Shown here one piece after another: positions 1-27,662 of a DNA stretch of 64,000 nucleotides (within the stretch, counting starts at the first letter, position 1; each line of letters begins with the position of its first letter). Under the pieces are notes generated by a model that saw only the letters and a list, made by a program, of their open reading frames with translations, did no database searches and was not told the origin of the DNA. A program made the position numbers and the translations under genes. Source of the stretch: Amoebidium appalachense (Eukaryota > Protista > Ichthyosporea); assembly GCA_963693365.1 (NCBI GenBank), contig CAVNZM010000014.1:1860001-1924000 (forward strand), in the 5' to 3' direction.

Positions 1-656
1 CCGTGTGTCTCTGTCTGTCTGCTCTAGATATAACTTACTGATATGATAAGTTTCTCTCTCTCTAGGCCTCCCTCCCTCCCCCTACCCCACCCCCTCCCCT
101 CTCCCTCCCCCGGGCTCTCCCCCGGGTCACTCTCTCTCTCTCAAATTCACCCCTCTCTCTCTTTATATTTTACAACTGGTAAGTGAACGAGGGTAGATCT
201 GCAAGATCTACTCTGTTCTACAGCTCCTGGGCTGTTGTAGGGCTCGTTTAATAGTATTATCTGCTTCGGCCGACCCCCCCCCCCCCCCCCCTCCCTGCAG
301 CTCCCCCCCCTCCCCCCCTCCCCCCCTCCCCCCCTGCCCCGTGGGTGGACTGGTGGTGGGGTGGGATGGGATGGGGTATGTGTGTGTGGGGAGAGGGGGG
401 GAAGGGGAGCCTGGGAGGGAACAAGGGGGCAAAAAATACACTATGTGGATGAATTGTATTTTACTTTCACGCAGCCGTCCCAGGCCGCATGACACACACA
501 CATCAATTGTACTACACTGGCACACACGTACACACCTTGATCTGCACAAGTTGTACACAACAGCACCGTGACGATACACACAGACACACACACACACAAC
601 ACACACACTGTGACACACACACACAACACACACACACACTAGCACGCACACACGCG

Positions 657-687
<31 letters not shown>

Positions 688-735
688 AGCGGGGGGAGGG
701 GAGGGGGGGGGGGGGGGGGGGAGAAAGAGCGAGAA

Positions 736-778
<43 letters not shown>

Positions 779-1137
779 GGGTGGGAGGGGGTGGGTGGGA
801 GGGTGGGTGGGAGGGAGGGTGGGTGGGGGGGGGGGGGGGGGGGGGGGGGGAGGGAGAGAAAGAGAGGAAGAAAGAGAGAGAGTATTCATACACCCGCAAC
901 GCAGCACGTGCAGCACTTGTAGCTAGAACCAAAAATACACATGCACACCATATCTGATTCAGACCAACTTGTGGCAAGGGCAACCACACACGATGATTTT
1001 TTTTCACCTTCATAAGACTCTTCAGCGTGTTATAAAGTTCGAAGCTAAAAATATATACTATAGTAAATGTAAAACGATAAATAATAATAAAAAAAGCTGT
1101 CGGATGCTCAGGTTTTAAGTTGAACCCGGGCTTTGCT

Positions 1138-1173
<36 letters not shown>

Positions 1174-1307
1174 CCACCTTTATTTCCTTCCACATCCTGG
1201 GTGCCTAGGTACAACCTAGGGCTTATAATTTTAGGCGCATCGGTCTTACAAAAGTGATCTATCTTATTAGTGAACTACCCTTAATGGTATACGAGAATGT
1301 CACGAAG

Positions 1308-1341
<34 letters not shown>

Positions 1342-3263
1342 TTCCCCTCCCCCTCCGTCCCCCACCCCCACCCCTCTCCCCCCTTCCCCCCCCCCCACCC
1401 CCCCCCCCTCCTCCCCCCCCCCCCCCAAAGTTGGGGCCCCCGTTTGATTCGGACACTGCCACTCTGACGCGCGCACACTGGCACCAACCGTGCACCCACA
1501 CACTGTGACATGCGCACGTGTGTACGTGTGTTGCATGTCCGATCGGCAAAAATGTGCAGATGTCACAACACTACACAGTATGCACTTGTTACTGGATAAC
1601 TCGTGATGTTTTTTTTAATTATTGCCTCCTAAGTATGCCATGCATACTTGCATGTTTCCGTTAAATAAATTCAGTCAAAAGAAAACACTACACAGACACA
1701 GACAGCACCAAACCGTTCCCACATTGAGTGTCACTTTAGGGAGGCTGTTTTGCGTCCGTTTTTGATATGTCATAGTGGCTCTAAGTGTCACCTGTTGATT
1801 GGGCCTGATTAGTATCGTGGCAGTGGTAACTCATAAAGGCAGTGCAGGCAGAGTGTGCACGTGACCGGGAATTTCCACATATATATAATCACTTTCGTGG
1901 TGATGGGAATTTTTATATAGTAGTATTGCCATGAACACTGGGGGGGGAAAAAATTAACTTTTATAATTATGATAACTCAAGCTTTGTCATAGACGTGGCA
2001 GAAAAAGATAATACACAAACGACATTTTTGGAGCTGCTGCACTTTAACTTGCCGGTCAGTTGTCATAACACGACCTAGCCTACTAATGCCGTACTACTGG
2101 TGTCACTAGGAGATCACCGTGAGTACTCTTGTTTCTCATACAGATTTCCGGGGGGGGGGGGGGGGGAAGCTTATGTACCATGTCACGTTGTGTGATTTTG
2201 CACACCTGTCACCATCGTCTGTTTTACATAAAGTATAAAAGGGGGGCATAATTTGCACGGCTGACAGAATCAACACCAACCTATACTGTAACTCTCGTTA
2301 CCGATATACTCGAAAGCTTTACAGCAACCGGGAAAAAGCTTTGCAGGTGAGAAAAAAGTTTCCTATTTCGTGCAGAATCACCTCTTTATTCGTCTCTTTT
2401 TCTTTCTCCTTAGGTAGACTCGGGTTTGTCTTTTTTTTTTCCAACCACCGGTGTGCAAGTAGAATGTTTTACAAAGACAAAATAGTTGACCTGAGGTTCT
2501 TAAGATCTTCTCCATAAACGTTGGCACTGTCCATTTTTTGTAGCGTAATCTGTCGGTCCCCCTCCGTTCATCCTGTCTAAAACTAAAACTGCATGCACAA
2601 GCTTGGAACCCCCCCTTCCACCGCCTCCCCCTCCCCCCCCCCCCCCCCCCCCCCCCCTTCCCCCCCCTCCCCCCCCAAAAAGAAAAAGAAAGAAAGAAAG
2701 AAAGAAAAAGGAAAAGGAAAAAACATAAGACTGATTAAGTGAACAGGTAAGATATACACACACGAGACATAGATAAATCTCAGAACGTGTCTCATATTTG
2801 CACCAAGCTCCTGTGTTTGACTAGACGTAAGGCTTTCCTTTCCTAACCTGGGCGATCGGATCATGAGAGGGATTTTCTTTGGAGGCTTTGATACTACCTG
2901 TCCACCAGTGACATATGCCCCCCCCCCCCCCCCCCCCCCCCCTCCCCCCCCCCCCCCTCCCCCCCCCCCCCCCGACGACGCCGCCGCCCCCCGCCCCGCC
3001 CCGCCCCGCCCCACCGGGGACCCCGGGCCCTACTTTTCCCTCCTCCTTTTTTTTTTTTTGCTTATGTTAAACAGTTATTGAACTGTGCACTCACAGTTGA
3101 CACACTGTAACCTATCATGTTCGAACCCAAACATAAAAATTCGAAACAAAGGGGGTAACACAACTAGCTATAGAGTAACTTATCATACCCTCCCTCTCAC
3201 AGACCCGCAACAACTCTCACAAACCCAACTTCTTCCTACCCACTACACAACACACACATCAAC

Positions 3264-3508
3264 ATGGAGACGTACGGGTGTGATGTGTGGGCCGACTGTG
3301 CCAGTGGTGTTGGGTCCTGTCACTGTGGGTGTGAGGGCAAGTGCAACTGTGGGGGGGGCTGCAAGTGCGGCTCTGTGTCCGTCAACTCTGTGCGCCGTGC
3401 AAAGGCCACATGCTGCCCCATGTGAGTTGAAGTTCTTACCCTCCCTCCCCCCCGTTCCCGTGACTTCACCTGCTCAGTGACCTCATCTCCCCCTCCTCCC
3501 CCCTCTCT

Positions 3509-3539
<31 letters not shown>

Positions 3540-3652
3540 CCTTTCCCCAAGTCCCCGTCGTAATGTCCCTTTCCCCCTCCCCATTCTCGAGGCTCCCCTT
3601 CTAAACCACATGCATGCACACAGACCTCTCCTCCCCCTCCCCCCCCCCCCCC

Positions 3653-3694
<42 letters not shown>

Positions 3695-3729
3695 AAAAAA
3701 AAAACACACGCACTCCTACCGCCTCCCCC

Positions 3730-3774
<45 letters not shown>

Positions 3775-4115
3775 ACCCCCAAACACATGCACATGTGCAC
3801 GCACACGCCCGCACGCGCACACACACATGACAACCACGGAAAACACAGCCCATCCTCGTTCCCTTACCTCTTTCAAAACCGGAACGCCTGACTGACTCTT
3901 TCCACCATTTGTTGTATATCAAATTTGTGTATATATGTGCATCATGATGTATGTAACTTGGGGACGACCATGAGTGTGAGTGTGCATGGGTCGACGACAT
4001 GTGATTGTTTGTGTGGAGGCAAGATGCACATGTTCGTTTTCAATGTTTGATTGTTCATGAGTCCTTGTGTGTGTGTGTGCGCAAGCGCGTACTACGTGTG
4101 TGTGTGCGTGTGTAC

Positions 4116-4169
<54 letters not shown>

Positions 4170-4327
4170 GTGTGTGTGTGTCTGTGTACATGTGTGCATG
4201 CAGGAAGGACTGCCCTCACGGTGCCGGCTGCATGGACGGCAAGGACTGCCGCTGTGGAGCCAAAGTCTTCAAGACGGAGGATGATTGGCTGCAGTGTGCA
4301 AAGGACCGCGAGGCGATTGGTCTGTAA
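3264..4327 (+). CDS. Metallothionein-like Cys-rich protein, 2 exons (3264-3421, 4204-4327), 93 aa
   Basis: Exon 1 reads METYGCDVWADCASGVGSCHCGCEGKCNCGGGCKCGSVSVNSVRRAKATCCP (CxC clusters). Donor AT|gtgagt and acceptor tgcag|G match in phase. Exon 2 reads KDCPHGAGCMDGKDCRCGAKVFKTEDDWLQCAKDREAIGL*. Possible 5'UTR exon ending at cag|gtgaga near 2346, downstream of TATAAAA near 2234. Confidence 0.8.
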
Positions 4328-5429
4328 TCACGACAGTTGTGCGGGCATTTCTCCTATGTGTTGATGTGATACAACCCCCCTGGGGGGGTGGGGGTGGGAA
4401 GGGGGGATGGAGGAGGGAGGGGGGTGGGGGGAGGTATTGGGGAATATGAAAATGGGAATTTAAACTTATAGCTACCGTTTCTTGCTGGGGAAGAGTTTGT
4501 TGTATGTGGCATTACAGTTGCGAAGTTTATTTGTTGAATACGGAGGTGCTGGAATGGCAGAGATGTTTTCTGGGTGTTAGGCTCGGTGGCCATGAGGATC
4601 CGGAGGGGTGAATTGCGAGATAGAACTACACTCTCCAGGCTATGCAAGTGTATAGTTGGACACAGCGTGTCTGCTTGCAAGACATTTTTCTTTCAGTTGC
4701 ACAGTAAAAGTGTTGTTTTTCTGTGCTGTTGAGAGTTTAAATCAACTTGTTCCCCGACTGTGTGAGTCAGAGGCCTGGCCGAAAAAATCGAAAAACCCCG
4801 ATTATGCTTTATGAGAACTTTGAGATTTCCGGGAATGTGTGGAGTTTGAGCGACTTGGAGTTCAACTGAAAAGTGATACACCGCCATCTTTCAAGACTAG
4901 ACTCAGGCCGTGCAGGGCATAATTGAAAACGAGCTTTTGGTGCAGGTGTACAGTGACCACCCCCCCCCCCCCCCCCCCCCCCTCGCTCCCCTCACCTCCC
5001 TCCCCCCGCTCTCTACCCCCCCCAGAAAAAAAGAAAGAAAAGGGGGGAAGGGAGGGAGGGAGAGGGGGAAGGGGGGAGGAGGGAGGGAGGGGGGAGGGGG
5101 GGGGGGGGGGGAGAGGGGGAGGGGGGGGGGGGGGGGGAGAAAGGAAAAGAAGAAAGAAACCAAAGAACGAAAATGACAACCCTTGGGATGAAGCGCATAG
5201 AGCCCACATATAACCCCGAGTAAAAGAGACCATGAACTTACAGGGGCTTCAAAAGAAGGGGAGGGGAGGATAGAACAGAAACGGTTTTTTTTTTTTTTTT
5301 TTTTTTTTTTTTGAGCTCTAGTGTGGGGAGGAGGGTGGGGTTGGGGTTGGGTTGAGCTTTTCGTTTCTTTTCTTCTTTCTTTTTCTTTTTCTTTTTCTTT
5401 TTCTTTTTCTTTTTCTTTTTCTTTTTCTT

Positions 5430-5460
<31 letters not shown>

Positions 5461-5850
5461 GGGGGGGGGGGAAGGAGGCCCGGCAACCTTTTGAACTTTG
5501 TCGAAGAGGTGGAAACTAACATTAGTGGGCAACAAAGCAACACCGGAAATCACCAACTCAAGCGCACGCACAGAATCGGACATATCGACCAAAGTTTAGG
5601 CAACGGCTGTGTGTGTGTGTGTGCGTAAATGCATGCATACTGGGGGGGGGGGAGGGCGGGGGGGGGGGGTGGTTGGGGGGGGGGAGGGGGGAAGGGGCGG
5701 GGGGGGGGGGGGGAGGGGGGGGAGGGGGGGGAGTGGATATAAAGAAGTTTCCTTGCGGGGAGGAGAGGGATATGGGGAGAATGCTTCTCAAGCAAATGTA
5801 CATATGCATGTGCGTGTACACATGTGCGTGTGCATAGGGGTATCATGTTG

Positions 5851-5899
<49 letters not shown>

Positions 5900-6729
5900 G
5901 TGTGAGTGTGTGTGTGTGTGTGTGCACCCGGCGGGGGGGAGGGGGGGGGGGGGGGGGGGGGGGATCGATTACAGTACTGGGCACGAGACACGACTGAGTT
6001 GCTTTTGTTACCCGTTGTATGGTAATATTATTTTTAAGTTTCCATTTTCCAGAAGGTTGCATTCTTACATGATACAATTGCCAAGTGCCCATCACCGCTC
6101 TAGATACTTTAAAAGAACAGAACATACTAAAGGCCAATAGTCATAGTGGGTTTGTAATAAAACATAATAGTTAAAAGCTTAAATATATATCCAAAAGTGT
6201 GATTTTGTGATTCAACCTATTGGAGGTGCATATTAAAAGCGCATATCTCACGGGTGCTGGTCCAAAAAAACCGATCCGGATCGACATGAGCATTTGCCAG
6301 CTGAAATAAATGGTAAACCTAGCCGAGCCGGGTACTATACCTTTACTATACCGAGTTCGTTATTATGGTATCCAAGGATGTTGCTCTAAATTAAAGTAAG
6401 TGTGGAAAGAAAAAGAATAGATATTCTCGACAATTGATATCTAGGAAAATGAAATTTACGTTAAAATACGGACGAGAAACGGCATGCGGTACATGATCGT
6501 ATACACAAACCTAATATATCGTGCATACTATCGATAGAATGAGAATATCCAGCCAAAAATTAATGATTCTTTTGCAGGTCAGCTCACACGATCAGGTTGA
6601 AATGGAAGGGTAAGAAAAAACACGCATCGTTAAAATAAAAAAAATCACGTAGCACACATGATTAAGTTACACAACTTTGTATCTCTAAGCAGGCCACACA
6701 AACCGTTTATTCTAATTCAAGTACTGCGC

Positions 6730-6781
6730 GTCAATCGGTTTTATACGCACAAGTACATACTATCCGTTCCGGGGTCGTGCA

Positions 6782-6820
<39 letters not shown>

Positions 6821-6889
6821 CAATCGGTTTTATACGCACAAGTACATACTATCCGTTCCGGGGTCGTGCATCTAATATATATATATATA
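6730..6889. repeat. Two-copy tandem duplication (89-bp period) ending in (TA)n
   Basis: gtcaatcggttttatacgcacaagtacatactatccgttccggggtcgtgcatctaa(ta)n occurs at 6730 and 6819. Confidence 0.9.
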
Positions 6890-7045
6890 GTTCAGAATAT
6901 GCCGGTAATCAGTATTTTAAGGAGGACAAGTTGGACAACACAGCAAAATGAAATCACAGGGATGGCTTGTGGTTTTCGAACTTACATTGTTTCTTCTCCT
7001 GTGCCGCCAAGGCACCTACCGTGTGTGTGTTTGTGTGTGTGCGTG

Positions 7046-7129
<84 letters not shown>

Positions 7130-7339
7130 CGTGTCTGTGAACGTTTGAGTGTCTACATGTGTCTGGTTCTGAGTGTAATGCACAACCGAATTTACCACCC
7201 ACCCACACACCCACACCGACACCTACACCCACACCCACCCCAAAACCACACTCCCCCCCCCCCCCCTCCCCCCCCCCTCGCCACCCCTCCCCTCATCCCC
7301 CCCCCCCTTCCCCGTCCCCCCCCCCCCCCCCCCTTCTCT

Positions 7340-7371
<32 letters not shown>

Positions 7372-7384
7372 ATCCCTACCACCA

Positions 7385-7507
7385 CACACCACCGACTTAC
7401 ACCCCAACACCACTACCAAACTCCCATGGACACACACAACACCTCTTGCTCGTTTTCAGCCACCTACCCACACACCCACTGTGGTCTCTGTGTGTGCAGG
7501 GGAGCAG
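7385..7507 (-). pseudogene. Partial duplicate of the last RING exon
   Basis: Encodes LLPCTHRDHSGCVGRWLKTSKRCCVCPWEFGSGVGV*, near-identical to 7885-8007 but lacking the first CxxC and the acceptor. Confidence 0.8.
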
Positions 7508-7535
7508 CGTGTGTGTGGGTATGGGTGTGCATGTG

Positions 7536-7675
<140 letters not shown>

Positions 7676-7698
7676 GTGTGTGCGCGCGCGTGGTGTGT

Positions 7699-7788
<90 letters not shown>

Positions 7789-7896
7789 TTCTGCCTGTGG
7801 GTTTGTCTAATACTAGTCCGGCCTGACACAATCCAAATCCCCCCCCCCCCCCCCCCCCCCCCCTCTTCCCCACACACACACACCCACACCACCGAC

Positions 7897-12596
<4,700 letters not shown>

Positions 12597-12666
12597 CTGT
12601 GGTGAAATTTCGGTCGAAATTTCCAATATATAGTGGTTGGGGGTGAGGGAGAGTTTTGGGGGGCAG

Positions 12667-12698
<32 letters not shown>

Positions 12699-13249
12699 GG
12701 GAATCAGGGGGGGGACACAAACACACACACTAACATACACATGTACACGCGCCACATACACGCACGCACACGAGATCGGGCAGCCCCCCTTAAAGTACAG
12801 ATTACGGTGCGCGCACCCTGCATATTTATTAGCCAAATACCTTCCAAATGTGGAGCTGCACTTTCCTGATATGGCCGATCACTTTCCTGATATGGCAGCT
12901 AGGATTACCTAACAGCCTTTTCACTCTGAGGGCCTGGGCCCCAGCCCCCGGAGCACCGAAAGCGAGGTGAGGGGAAGGGCCCCCGAAGAGAAAGAGACCG
13001 GGGGGGAGGGGCGGAGGGGCCGGGATAATTTTTCTAGTAGGTGTGTGCGTGTGTATGTAGGAACATTGGAGTGTGGGGTTGTAGTGTGCCTCAGGCGGGT
13101 GCACGTGACACGTGTGTGTGTGTGCTTTTTGGGTGTGTGTGTGTGTGTGTGTGTGTGTGCGCTTTTTGGGTGGGTGGGTGGGTGGGTGGGTGAGGTGGGT
13201 GGATGAGGGGGGAGAGGGGGGAGGGGGAGGGGGGGGGGGGGGGGGGGGG

Positions 13250-13734
13250 TTTGAATGCGTCAAAAAGTACGAAGTACACAAGAACAAACGGATAACACGA
13301 TGCAGAATGCAAGCCATACATAAAGAGTATGCATAATAAGCAGAGCCCATCCTCAGGGGGGCCCCACGTCATCCACAGTACCCGAGTTTCGACCTATTCC
13401 CCTCGTTAACGAAACCCAACTCAGATACTGTTTCACTTGAACATGAGTAGGTCACCCGTCTTGATCAGAGACGAGCAGGGTTGCTTATGCAGGCAAGGGC
13501 AGTGGGAAAGGCCGGGGGTTAAAGTTGCAGCAGTAAGCAGAAGCAAGAAAAATATAGATAGGAACTCAGGAGACGGGGCTTCTAGGAAGCTCCCCCGTCG
13601 ATACCTAAGTCGATACTTCCCTGGCTAACATACTACACCAGCTGAAAAGAATTAAGTCCCGAAGGCCGCAGAATTCGCAATCAGAGGTTAAAATATGAGA
13701 TTTGACCCACGCCGCAGGGTAGTAACACGCTTAC
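13250..13734 (-). mobile_element. Poly-C-associated retroelement-like repeat, copy A (5'-truncated, ~485 bp)
   Basis: Near-identical reverse complement of 39314-39798. Flanked by G-runs on both sides of the + strand. Ends ...gacgcattcaaa(c)n. Confidence 0.85.
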
Positions 13735-14076
13735 GGGGGGGGGGGGGGGGGGGGGGGAGGGGGGATGTCCCATGCACACTACACTTGTGTGATCTGTGTG
13801 AAAACAATAGCTCGTTTACCTAACCGATTACAATTTTATTATGGTCGTGCAACTTAGTTTAACTAAACAACCTGGTCACATTCGGAATATACAGACTCAC
13901 TTTCAAAAACTTGATATAGATGTATTATTATCACTTTTGTATCGTCATATGCTTCAACCTTTCCTTCGAAACCCCGCTACAATTCAGAACTTGCATATGT
14001 ATATATTTGTATATCCAATATCACCACCAACTACAGTACAGCAACAACTCCACCACCCCCACCACCTCCACAGCCA

Positions 14077-14111
<35 letters not shown>

Positions 14112-14144
14112 ACCACCCACACACCCACCCACACAGACACGGCC

Positions 14145-14207
<63 letters not shown>

Positions 14208-14335
14208 ACACCCACACCCACACCCACACCCACACCCACAGACACGTACCCATTCACCCACCCACCCACCCACCCACCCAGCATCACACCATCCGCACCC
14301 TTCATCCACCCACCCGTAGACACGAAAGTTTACCC

Positions 14336-23098
<8,763 letters not shown>

Positions 23099-23809
23099 CT
23101 TCAAGATTAGCTCTGGAATGTGTAAATTGCACCTGGTTTCTCGTCACCTAAGACTTTCGACTCAATTGTTTAGGCTATTGCTTAAAAACTATTAAAAACC
23201 TGTTGTCATGAAAAAAAAAAAAAAAAAAAAAAAAAGGAACACCCTCGCGATCGGAGTCTCGGAAATCCTGCGAAAGCCTTGGCAAGATCTTCAAAGAGTT
23301 TTCAACGTCACCGTGTACACTGAGTCAGCAGTGTTCGACTATTATGGTTATTTTGTACTTATTTTGATCGATTTGTGGAGGCACTGTGCTCTATGCATCC
23401 ACCAGACAGACAATGATCATCAAGATTTTTTGGGCAGTAATATGTGACCCCCTCGTTGGCCAAAGAACACCCATTTTTGTTTTCGAATTCTATTTTTAGC
23501 AGCACTGCACTTCTCAACCTCACAGGAGTCTTTAAGGCCCCTATCGCATAACTTGTACATCCGATAATCATATGCACATTTCTACGGTATACTGAACGCC
23601 CTTCCGTTGTTCAACTCTTTCGCGATTGGGCAGATTCTTGAAGTCTGGTATCCTCCCCTTTTCCCCTCGCTCTCCTCCTCCCCCCCCCCCCCCCCCCCCC
23701 CTCCCCCCCGTGGTATCTGAACCAAGTGTGTTATTTAGGAGGTCTTGATCTGAGCTCTTCCAACGGTTTCCTTGGAGTCCCCAGCTCCCCCCCCTCCGCC
23801 CTCCTCCCC

Positions 23810-24698
23810 TGACACGTACTGACGGTGTCACGCTGCGTCGACGATTTTTCCTTCCTTCTTCGCAGCCCGCAGCCGTTTTTCTTCGCTGCCTTCCTTCTTC
23901 GACTTCGCGTACACAGATAAGCATTGTCATTACTAGCGAGACATTTCTGCTGAGGTAGGAAGGAAAATGAGGCACCACCTCAATAGGTGGTAGCCTCCTC
24001 CCCACCCCCTCATTTACGGCTTTACGACTGGAGACGAAAGGATAATCTCACTCTAGGTGTGCCACAACTGTGACAAGCGTACTGATGAAGGCAAAATGAT
24101 TATTACGCTTCCCCTGGTTGCCCTCCGAGGATGAGCGAGCACACAAGGCAGATGGCTCTTTTTGTTACCTTGTTTCAGGCTCTCGCCTTTACTTCTTGTT
24201 CTTGAGAGAGGGACCATTCATTTTTTTTCCCTCCACGTTGCCATAACATGTTTTGCAAGGGTTTCTGAGGGGCCTTTTACTCTTGCGCTGTTCATTTTCC
24301 CTGACTACCACGGAAAGCCTGGCACAGACCTGTGTTAACTTTTTTCCTGGACGAAATGAAAAATGTAAACGCTCCTTGCCTAGATTGTGCGCTTCCGAAA
24401 ATAGGCACATCTGAGGTAAGTTCAATGTTTGTTTGTATGTTTGTTCTCTTTGTTTGGGAGGAGGGGGGGTTTGTGGGGGGGGCCATGGGGGGTAAGGGGA
24501 GGGGAGTGACTGACACGTACTGACGGTGTCACGCGCCATCTCTGAGCTATCGACGGCGGCTTTTTCCTTCCTTCTTCGCAGCCCGCGCGGTCTTTTTTCT
24601 TCGCAGCCTTCCTTCTTCGAATTTGCAGCAGTCATTTCGCGTACACAGATAAGCATTGTCATTACTAGCGAGACATTTCTGCTGAGGTAGGAAGGAAA
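23810..24698. repeat. Dispersed direct duplication (~160-190 bp; 23810-23968 vs 24510-24698)
   Basis: Both copies share ctgacacgtactgacggtgtcacgc ... ttcgcgtacacagataagcattgtcattactagcgagacatttctgctgaggtaggaaggaaa. Confidence 0.85.
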
Positions 24699-24951
24699 CA
24701 GTAGGTGTAGGGGGAGTGAGGGGTAACGTCGTTGGGAGAGGATGATAGATGTGTAGTTTAGGCGAAAAGGTTGGGGAGGGTGGGCTGGGCAACCTAATGC
24801 AGACGTGCAGATATACTACAAAAGTATATTAACATGACGGGTACAGATTACACAATAACTTATCTAACGACCCAATACTAATCTAGCAAGGCAGACACCG
24901 ACTCGGACACGTCCCTAACTAAACAAGACAGAATTTCAGATTCGACACAAC

Positions 24952-26094
24952 ATGGCGAGCACAGAGCCCAGCCACAAGGCACACGTAGTGTTGGTGTACG
25001 ACGGGGTGGGTTGCTGAGGCATACCCGCACAAGTGTGGTCTTTCCACGATGCCTTGACCGGCAGGCTGAAAAAGGACCTGGGGCCGGAATACAAGAAGGT
25101 GTTCTTTGAGATGAAGGTGGGTGGGTGGTTGGGTGGGTGCATAGTTGCTTGGTTGGTGATTGGGTCGATGGATGGATGGGTGGGATGGCGGCATGGTGAA
25201 GAGGATGATATGTTGGGTGGGTATTAGGGTGTGTGGGTGGGTGGGTGGGTTGTTGGGTAGGTGGGTAAGGAGTGGCCGGTGGTTGCATGCACGGGCGGGT
25301 GTGCCAGTGTCTGTTGGTTGGATGAGTGAGTGGGCGGCTTTTTTTTTGACCAATCCCCCCCCCCCCCCCCCCCCCCCCCCAAACCACCACCACACACATA
25401 CACACAACAGGCGGCCCTCCTCCTCCGCTCCTCCCAACCCTCGGTTAATAAAGAACAAAGCAAAAACAGCAGTGATCACACTTTATAACATTAATAATCT
25501 TCATAACATACAACACCACCATTTTTACCATGCTATATGTGTGAGGGGTGAAGTTCAGATCCCATGTGTATAGTAACCATCCCTACTAGCGAGGCTGGAG
25601 CAAACCCTCTGGACTGATTGTGTACTAGTAGTTAGGATTGGTGAAGGTGTGAAATTATCTTAGCTGATTGCACCAGTAGCACCATAGCTAGAATATAGTC
25701 GGTGCTTAGTGGAAGACGGTAGTTCCCATGAGAGACCCTCATCGGGCCCTTCTGTCTCCTCCCCCTCCCCCTCGCCCCCCCCCAAGGCCTCCTACTCTCA
25801 GTAGAGTCAGAGTATGTAGGAGGCCTTGTCCCCTCCTCCCCCCCCCCCCCTCCAAAAAAAAAAAAAAAAAAACGGGATTAAAAAAAGAAAAAAATTTATA
25901 AAACGTACAGTAACCACATGCATATTGCACATTGCCTAATGTGCGTTTTGCAGAGGGGGCCCAAGGGGACCAAATCCTTGGAAGTGACCGTCAACGGTGA
26001 ACTGGTGCACAGTTTGAAAAACGGAGCGGGGATGCCCGAGTCCACACACATTCAGAAAATGGCGGAAAAGATAGTGGAGGTTGTGCGCACGTGA
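24952..26094 (+). CDS. Selenoprotein W / Rdx-family protein, 2 exons (24952-25116, 25954-26094), 101 aa, Sec at TGA 25015-25017
   Basis: MASTEPSHKAHVVLVYDGVGC-U-GIPAQVWSFHDALTGRLKKDLGPEYKKVFFEMK|RGPKGTKSLEVTVNGELVHSLKNGAGMPESTHIQKMAEKIVEVVRT*. LEVTVNGELVHSLKNGAG matches the SelW FEVxVxGxLxHSKKxGxG signature. The TGA sits at the SelW Sec position after strand beta1, and a SECIS candidate lies downstream. Confidence 0.85.
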
Positions 26095-26137
26095 AAAACC
26101 GACGAGTCTCAATAAGGTGGGTGGGCACTGGGCAGGA

Positions 26138-26174
<37 letters not shown>

Positions 26175-27329
26175 GGGGGAGGGGAGGGGGGGGGAGGGAG
26201 AGGGGGAGGGGGGGGGAGGGGGTTGTGCGGTGATGGGGGTTTGTAATATTAGTGCTCTGGGTTTTTCTTTCACGCTGGTGCTTTGCTTTCTTTCTTCCTT
26301 TCCTTTTTTTATTTTTTTACTTTTATTTATTTTTTATTTTTTATTTTTTTTATTTTTTTTTTTTTGGGGGGGGGGGGGGGAGTGGGGTAATGCAGCACAC
26401 CCAAATGTGCAATTTTCAGGCATTTACCAGCGCGCACGTATCCCAATATCTTGTCTGCATCATGGTTTGCTTGCCTATTCGAACACTCTTGTTTTCTCCG
26501 TGGCTTTACGTACCACCACCACTCCCCCCCTTCCAACACCCCCCTCCCAGCCCCCCCCCTCCCCTCCCTCCCCACTTCTCCCCTCCCCCTCTCCCCCCTG
26601 CGCCCTCCCCCCCCCCCCCCCCCCCCCTCCCCCCCAAGCGTTGCCAACCGATATCTCGCCTCTGTCATCCCACATTTCCTTTAGCTTTTGTAACCTATAT
26701 TTCAGAACACAGAAGACAAGTCATAATATTAGACGCTCTCACACGGCATCACATACTAAGAAACCATTCGCTTTAGGCCCAGTCATTTCCAGGCTTTGTA
26801 GTAAGACACAGGTATGAGGTATAATTTCTGTTGTGTGTGAGAGAGAGAGGCCGGGGGGAGGGGGGAGGGGGAGAGAGGGAGAGAGAGGGAGGGGGGGGGG
26901 TTATTGACTTCTCTTGTGCCGTATACTCAAACACCATAGTTTGATGCCTCTCGACAACTACATAATATCCACCACCTCCTTCCCCCCCCCCCCCCAATGG
27001 TGTTTTCCGTAATAAATGTGTACTTGGTACTCAGGAACACATTCTAACCCCCCCCCCCCCCCCTCCCCCCTCCCCCCCGGCTCTTCTCGGCTCCGCTGGG
27101 GAGATTTACACGGAGAAGCCTCCAACACAAACAATGCCACCACATATACCCTAATCTTAACACCCTCACTTGTGCATCCACACGCATGATTCGTGCATGT
27201 GCGATGCATGCTTGCGTGCGCGCACGCGCACGCACACATGCACACACACACGCACTCATATACACACGTCATACACAACACACACACACACACACACATA
27301 CATACACGTATATATGTGTGTGTGTGTGT

Positions 27330-27367
<38 letters not shown>

Positions 27368-27372
27368 GTACA

Positions 27373-27540
<168 letters not shown>

Positions 27541-27597
27541 ATCCAGGGCGCTCACAGAAACGCAACAGCACCAGTACCAGCGTATATACATGAAATG

Positions 27598-27662
27598 GAG
27601 CCACTATGACGTGCACAGAAAAAAGGTGTTTTCCTGTCTGTCGCACTGACAACTATCTGGTT
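27598..27662 (+). promoter_or_regulatory. Candidate eukaryotic SECIS element in the 3'UTR of the SelW-like gene
   Basis: ATGA-CGTGCACAGA-AA-AAAGGtgttttCCTG-TCTGTCGCACT-GA-C fits AUGA N10 AA N26 GA. Helix II is GTGCACAGA/TCTGT(C)GCAC, the apical ministem is AGG/CCT, and helix I is AGCCA/TGGTT. It lies ~50 nt past an acceptor (atccag| at 27546) that would pair with a donor at 26117. Confidence 0.72.

Noticed and set aside
1490-3095. MRE-like TGCRCNC motifs upstream of the metallothionein-like gene
   Set aside because: Expected by chance in a TG/CA-rich genome.
4700-6140. Exon-like patches between the metallothionein-like and RING genes
   Set aside because: No phase-consistent chain or recognisable protein could be built on either strand.
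13437-13628. 63-aa ORF conserved at 13437 and 39420
   Set aside because: Conservation reflects recent copy identity. It is antisense to the inferred element strand and has no recognisable motif.
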